Source: Candidatus Asgardarchaeum abyssi
Lineage (GTDB): Archaea; Asgardarchaeota; Asgardarchaeia; Asgardarchaeales; Asgardarchaeaceae
Direction: 5' to 3'
DNA length: 64,000 nt
Assembly (NCBI GenBank): GCA_040225955.1
Contig: JBECUL010000003.1
Span: forward strand, 1 to 64,000
In this document: positions 59,386 through 64,000 of the stretch, in pieces
How positions within the stretch are numbered: the first letter of the stretch is position 1
How the letters are laid out: every line of letters begins with the position of its first letter
Notes under the pieces: generated by a model
What the model saw: only the letters and a program-made list of their open reading frames with translations
What the model was told of the DNA's origin: nothing
The model's database searches: none
Position numbers and translations under genes: made by a program

Positions 59386-62197
59386 TTATATCTTAAGCAA
59401 TATAATTGAAAGAAAGGCAAACACAGCAACATTCTTAATAATTTCTATACTCACAGTAAGCCTAATTACCTCCTCTTATTTTTATTCCGTTCATTCCAGA
59501 TCTGCAATACTGGAAGAGGGGCTGTCAGACGTTTATGTTGACGGTCAGATTAAAGTATATCACAGATACGCTAAGCAATTTAATGTAAGTATACCTCCCG
59601 GTGACGTAATTTCTTATATTAAGGAGAACTTTACTATGGTTTCTGAGTATTGCACACTTTTTGATATGTTTTCTCTCTTAAACGTAACAATAAAAGAAGA
59701 ACATGAATATTTGGAAGAACCAGTATACTACAAACCATCTGTAGCTATAACATTTATCGGAGAGAACTTTACTCGAACAACAATTAAAAATTCTATTGAC
59801 TCATCTGTGGATCTCGTTGAGCTTAAAGAGAATGAGCTTCTATTGAACGAGCGATCATGGCTATTTGAATACCTAGCAAAATATGTTGGTCAGAGCATAC
59901 AGATAATTGTTACATATTATAAATATAATAATTCCCAAGCGTATCCCTATATCTATACAGCTAATTTTAGTATCGTTGGAACATTCATGCCAAATTCTGG
60001 AGTTGAAGCATTTGATGTTGACTGGGGTACTCTCTTAGGAAACTATGAAGGCCTTAAATATATTCTGTCTAACGGTTCAAGAATTTCACCAGCTTTGAAC
60101 GAATCGGTTGATTATCGGATTGCTATTAAATTTGATAGAAAACAAATTTTTTCTAAGGACTTTCAACAAATATTTAATGAAATTAAACGATTTAGAAATA
60201 AAGTAGAAATCTATTTCTCTCCTTTCGTATCGGTATCTGTTTATATTTGGGAAATTACCGATAGCTATATGTTCTGGCAAATGCAAGAGCTCTTTACCTT
60301 AGTGGCTTTCTCGTTGCCCTCATTGATTCTTGCTTGGATAGTTCTGAGATTCAAGTTCGAAACAACAGCAATTCGGAGAAGGAGGGAAATTTCAGCTCTA
60401 AAGACAAGAGGATTCACAAACAGAATGATTATTCTGTTAATGGTTACCGAGATTCTAATATATTCACTCATATCAACGTTGATCGCGATACCGTTAGGTA
60501 ACCTAATTAGTATTATAATTTTAGAAATATCTAATGTCCATATAGGGTTTTCTCTTCCTTCCTTGCTTTTATCTTCATTTTCAGATATACGAGTGTTCAT
60601 AATAGTATTCGCTATATCGTTCACTCTACTCTTTCTCTCATCGGTTGGCGTTATGCTATATGCGATATCTGTTGAAGCTGCTGAAGCAAGAAGATATTAT
60701 GTTGCTGAACTAGAAGAGATCAAATTATCCCCCTTCGAGATGGTGCTCCTAGTATTTTCTATGTTATTTGCGTTACCAATAATTGGCTTTGCTGGTTCAT
60801 TCTTCTTCAGTATTATTTTAGGCGGATTTGTTTATGGTTTATTATACGCTCCGCCGGAGTTTTATATACTCTTTGCCATACCAATTATGTTCTTCATAAT
60901 AATGGTCCACATATTGCTGAAAGCTGGTGCAAAAATAGTAGTGTACATCAAAAGGAGCATAATTGGCCGGATCAAAGGTTATCAAGGCTCTCCCATTTTA
61001 AGAGTTATCTCCAGATATATACAACATAGAATGAAAACCGAAGGCTTTGCAATATTGGCCTTGATGCTCGTTATAACCCTTGCATTCATATCAGTAAGTT
61101 TAGCGGTAATGGGTGATAATTACATCCATGATATTTCTTACTATTACACCGGATCAGATATATCATTCGGAATAAATAATAAATGGTTTAATGAAACCGA
61201 GTATATTCTAAACGAGACTTTGCATATAGATGGTGTCAGTAATGCCGCTGTCATATATGTTGGCCATGGTGATTACGCTATTCAGAGAGAATATTATGTA
61301 GAAAGCGGCTTCTGTCTCGTTATTGCAATTGATGAAAAATTCCTTGACGTTGCTTATACGGAGGGCTATTTCCTTAAGAGAGAATATATACAAGCTGTTA
61401 TTAATAACCCAAAGTATGTTCTATTTCGAGAAGAATGGCCACGCCCCCTCGAGAAAAAGCCTACAAGTGTATATCTTAACATTTATAATGGAACACATGG
61501 TCGTATATCCGGCTACTACACAATTTTTGATATCATCGAATACTTCCCGAGAGTTGTCCCATCAGGCGCTGTTGCAGTTGTGAACAAAGCTATTATTGGC
61601 CACACTTTGAATTTTACCAAGGATGCATATATTCTGGTAAGGGTAGATGGTGATGCTGATGTGAATAATGTAGCAGAATTAATTAATAGCACGCTTGGAG
61701 GTAAAATCTCACATTTACGTGTCGCAGAGAATTACTACAACACAATTACCTCATATATCGAAAACAGGGCCTATTTCAGCTTCCTCTATTTGAACTTAAC
61801 TGTTATGCTATTCTTCCTAACAGTTGGCCAAGCAACTATTTATATTGACAAATTTGAGAAGATGAAAAAAGAAATGGTAGTATTGAGAACACTTGGCTTA
61901 GAACCAGCTCAGATTTCAAAATACGTATACCTAGATACATTGCTTAATACCTTTGTTGCATCAATTTTTGGTATCCTCTTAGCACTCCTACAAAGTTATA
62001 ATTTATCACGAGCGGTTCTATTTAATATGGGCCCCCTAAGAGATGTTATCTTTCCTGTTGAGTATATAGTGCCGATTGAACTCTGGGGGCTTATTTTGTT
62101 AGTTCTGGTCGCATCTACCTTAATAGGTAATTTACCAGTTGTATATAATCTGAAATCATTAAATATAGCTAGGGAGATGAGGTATGAGTTTGGATAA
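59363..62197 (+). CDS. FtsX/MacB-like ABC permease (duplicated domains)
   Basis: RRREISALKTRG, KEMVVLRTLG, TGSDI. Confidence 0.87.
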   Translation: MKGMRGLSYILSNIIERKANTATFLIISILTVSLITSSYFYSVHSRSAILEEGLSDVYVDGQIKVYHRYAKQFNVSIPPGDVISYIKENFTMVSEYCTLFDMFSLLNVTIKEEHEYLEEPVYYKPSVAITFIGENFTRTTIKNSIDSSVDLVELKENELLLNERSWLFEYLAKYVGQSIQIIVTYYKYNNSQAYPYIYTANFSIVGTFMPNSGVEAFDVDWGTLLGNYEGLKYILSNGSRISPALNESVDYRIAIKFDRKQIFSKDFQQIFNEIKRFRNKVEIYFSPFVSVSVYIWEITDSYMFWQMQELFTLVAFSLPSLILAWIVLRFKFETTAIRRRREISALKTRGFTNRMIILLMVTEILIYSLISTLIAIPLGNLISIIILEISNVHIGFSLPSLLLSSFSDIRVFIIVFAISFTLLFLSSVGVMLYAISVEAAEARRYYVAELEEIKLSPFEMVLLVFSMLFALPIIGFAGSFFFSIILGGFVYGLLYAPPEFYILFAIPIMFFIIMVHILLKAGAKIVVYIKRSIIGRIKGYQGSPILRVISRYIQHRMKTEGFAILALMLVITLAFISVSLAVMGDNYIHDISYYYTGSDISFGINNKWFNETEYILNETLHIDGVSNAAVIYVGHGDYAIQREYYVESGFCLVIAIDEKFLDVAYTEGYFLKREYIQAVINNPKYVLFREEWPRPLEKKPTSVYLNIYNGTHGRISGYYTIFDIIEYFPRVVPSGAVAVVNKAIIGHTLNFTKDAYILVRVDGDADVNNVAELINSTLGGKISHLRVAENYYNTITSYIENRAYFSFLYLNLTVMLFFLTVGQATIYIDKFEKMKKEMVVLRTLGLEPAQISKYVYLDTLLNTFVASIFGILLALLQSYNLSRAVLFNMGPLRDVIFPVEYIVPIELWGLILLVLVASTLIGNLPVVYNLKSLNIAREMRYEFG

Positions 62198-63041
62198 ACT
62201 ACCACCAGAAGTTGAGACACATCAAATTGTGATTAGAGATCTAATTAAGGTATATAGACGGGGACTAGAGGAAGTTATTGCGCTCCGTGGAGTTAACTTT
62301 GAAGTAAAAGAAGGTGAGTTTCTAAGCATTGTAGGTCCGTCTGGATCTGGAAAAACAACACTCGTTAGATTAATCGGAGCATTGGATAAACCAACAGCAG
62401 GACGTATTTTCGTAAATAAAAGAGATATAACCCGACTGACAGAAGCTCAAGCTATCGCATATAGAAGAAGTGTTGTTGGTTTTGTGTGGCAATTCGGAAA
62501 TCTTATCGAAACTTTAACTGCTCTGCAAAATGTATTACTGCCCATGCAAGCCTATGGGAAAATAACAAAAGAGAAAAAAGAATGGGCTATTACACTTCTT
62601 ACAAACCTAGGACTAGAAAAAAGAATGAACCATAAACCAACAGAACTCAGTGGAGGAGAGGCTCAACGCGTTGCTATTGCAGTAGCTCTTGCAAATAAAC
62701 CAAAAATTTTGCTAGGTGATGAAATAACAGGAGAACTTGATTCTGAGACTGGTGCTGAAGTGATGAGTTATCTAAAACAATTGCAAAGAGACTTAAAAAT
62801 AACAGTAATAGCAGTAACCCATAACCTAGAGGTCGCAAAATATGGAGACCGCATATTAAGACTTAGAGATGGTGTTATAGAGGGGTATGCACATAAAATC
62901 CTTGGCGAAATTGCAGAAGTAGACGAATTCGGCAGATTAGTTATTCCCGAGCATATAAGAAAGCTTGTCGGAATAAAAAAAGTGGTGCAACTATTGGTTA
63001 AAGAAGGTACACTTATTGTTAAGCCTATAGAGAGCGAATAA
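62184..63041 (+). CDS. LolD/MacB-type ABC ATPase with C-terminal AbrB-like domain
   Basis: GPSGSGKT, LSGGEAQR, DEITGELD; tail VDEFGRLVIPEHIRKLVGI. Confidence 0.92.
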   Translation: MSLDKLPPEVETHQIVIRDLIKVYRRGLEEVIALRGVNFEVKEGEFLSIVGPSGSGKTTLVRLIGALDKPTAGRIFVNKRDITRLTEAQAIAYRRSVVGFVWQFGNLIETLTALQNVLLPMQAYGKITKEKKEWAITLLTNLGLEKRMNHKPTELSGGEAQRVAIAVALANKPKILLGDEITGELDSETGAEVMSYLKQLQRDLKITVIAVTHNLEVAKYGDRILRLRDGVIEGYAHKILGEIAEVDEFGRLVIPEHIRKLVGIKKVVQLLVKEGTLIVKPIESE

Positions 63042-63056
63042 ACTTTATAGAGTTTG

Positions 63057-63944
63057 CTAAATATTAACTATTTTTTCTATTTTGACATTATTTAGTAGGT
63101 TCTCAACATTATATTCTATTTCCACAAGTTCTCCATTCTTTACCTCAGTGATATCAAAAATAAGTTTTTCAAAATCGTTTTTTATATAATGAAGAACAGA
63201 TGAGGACATAATCCCAATAGCTACTGAATCGTTATATCTCATTTTTACAACATAAAGAGCATAATATCTTAACTTTCTTTCAGATTCTTGAGTGTTAGTA
63301 TATCTGTAAGTGTTAATTAATGACTGAGCATATAATTTTGCATTCTTGTTCTTAACCTCTGCTATAATAAGTTGAACTGCAGAGAACGCCTTTATGTCTC
63401 CACTCTTTACTCTTTCTAATAATCTATTATCAAAATCACGAAGTACATATTTCAAATCCTTTCCATTACGTACCTCTCTACCTATGATTTTTAGCATTAT
63501 CTGGGTATCAGAAAGCTCGTTATAAGTAACATTAAATTCTTCTGTCAGAAAACGTCTCGATGTAACACCATTATGTACTAAATAAAGTGTCATATTTTCA
63601 TCGATAATCTCTTCAAACGGATGGACATATGTTAGTTTTAGTGGTGAATTTGGTGGGGCTTTTCTTACATGCGCAACTGCGAAAAAGTTGTCATTAAAGA
63701 CCGACGATTGAACAATGAAATCTGCAATCTTATCCTCATAAATTGGTGTTCTACTCCTATATATAAGGCTATGAGCATCCTCAGAGAGATTATAAGCTAC
63801 TATTCCCCAGCCATGAGGATGCGTACGCGGGATATTTTTAAGATAAGGATCATCTTCCGCAGCTTTTTTAAGAGATAAAATAGCTGCTTTTAAAATATTT
63901 TGAGAGCTTTTCCCTTGTGAAAACATAGCAAACATTCTGCACAT
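63057..63944 (-). CDS. Class II glutamine amidotransferase (EgtC/YafJ-like Ntn hydrolase)
   Basis: MCRMF start after an AGGTG RBS; HPHGWG, HVRKA, HPF, HNG, SDT. Confidence 0.88.
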   Translation of the reverse strand: MCRMFAMFSQGKSSQNILKAAILSLKKAAEDDPYLKNIPRTHPHGWGIVAYNLSEDAHSLIYRSRTPIYEDKIADFIVQSSVFNDNFFAVAHVRKAPPNSPLKLTYVHPFEEIIDENMTLYLVHNGVTSRRFLTEEFNVTYNELSDTQIMLKIIGREVRNGKDLKYVLRDFDNRLLERVKSGDIKAFSAVQLIIAEVKNKNAKLYAQSLINTYRYTNTQESERKLRYYALYVVKMRYNDSVAIGIMSSSVLHYIKNDFEKLIFDITEVKNGELVEIEYNVENLLNNVKIEKIVNI

Positions 63945-64000
63945 GATGCTCACCTAAAGTCCAACGTATAAATTGCTAAACTATACAAAGCTTAATATAC

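Noticed and set aside
293-63878. Numerous 60-160 aa antisense or overlapping ORFs in the track (e.g. 23909-24346, 52396-52881, 50178-50555)
   Set aside because: They lie opposite or inside well-supported genes and have no motifs or RBS

Overview
AT-rich archaeal DNA. An Asgard-type thermophile is the best guess (inference from an MglA-like small GTPase, a giant cell-surface protein with a TM anchor and basic helical tail, and GGAGG/GGTG RBSs). From left to right: (1) an orphan ORF in a GC-richer 1.2-kb edge; (2) a DHH phosphoesterase, an MFS transporter and a polyol/sugar module (Zn-dehydrogenase, DhnA-type aldolase, FGGY kinase, ECF transporter); (3) a ~24-kb energy/methyl-transfer island. 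The island holds a 10-gene group 4 membrane-bound [NiFe]-hydrogenase operon with an intact HdrB-like gene inserted in front of the large subunit. It also holds two pyrrolysine-free MtmB homologues, a pyrrolysine-free MttB homologue, a corrinoid protein, an SbnB/ornithine-cyclodeaminase-family enzyme, two Mer-like LLM oxidoreductases, two tungsten AORs and a degenerate RamA/ASKHA activator; (4) a surface locus (PigA-like GT4, FG-GAP propeller, 2075-aa surface protein); (5) CofE, a formyl-THF cyclo-ligase-like gene, hydantoinase/oxoprolinase AB, the atypical GTPase, a PreA-like flavoprotein, VapBC, a MacB/FtsX-type ABC system and a class II amidotransferase. Main non-coding discovery: two ~91%-identical copies of a 239-bp GC-rich element. 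It appears to be an internally deleted tnpB transposon that keeps its promoter and a structured omegaRNA-like region; one copy interrupts the 3' end of the giant surface-protein gene. At least two genes appear to start at ATT. No tRNA, rRNA or CRISPR array was seen.
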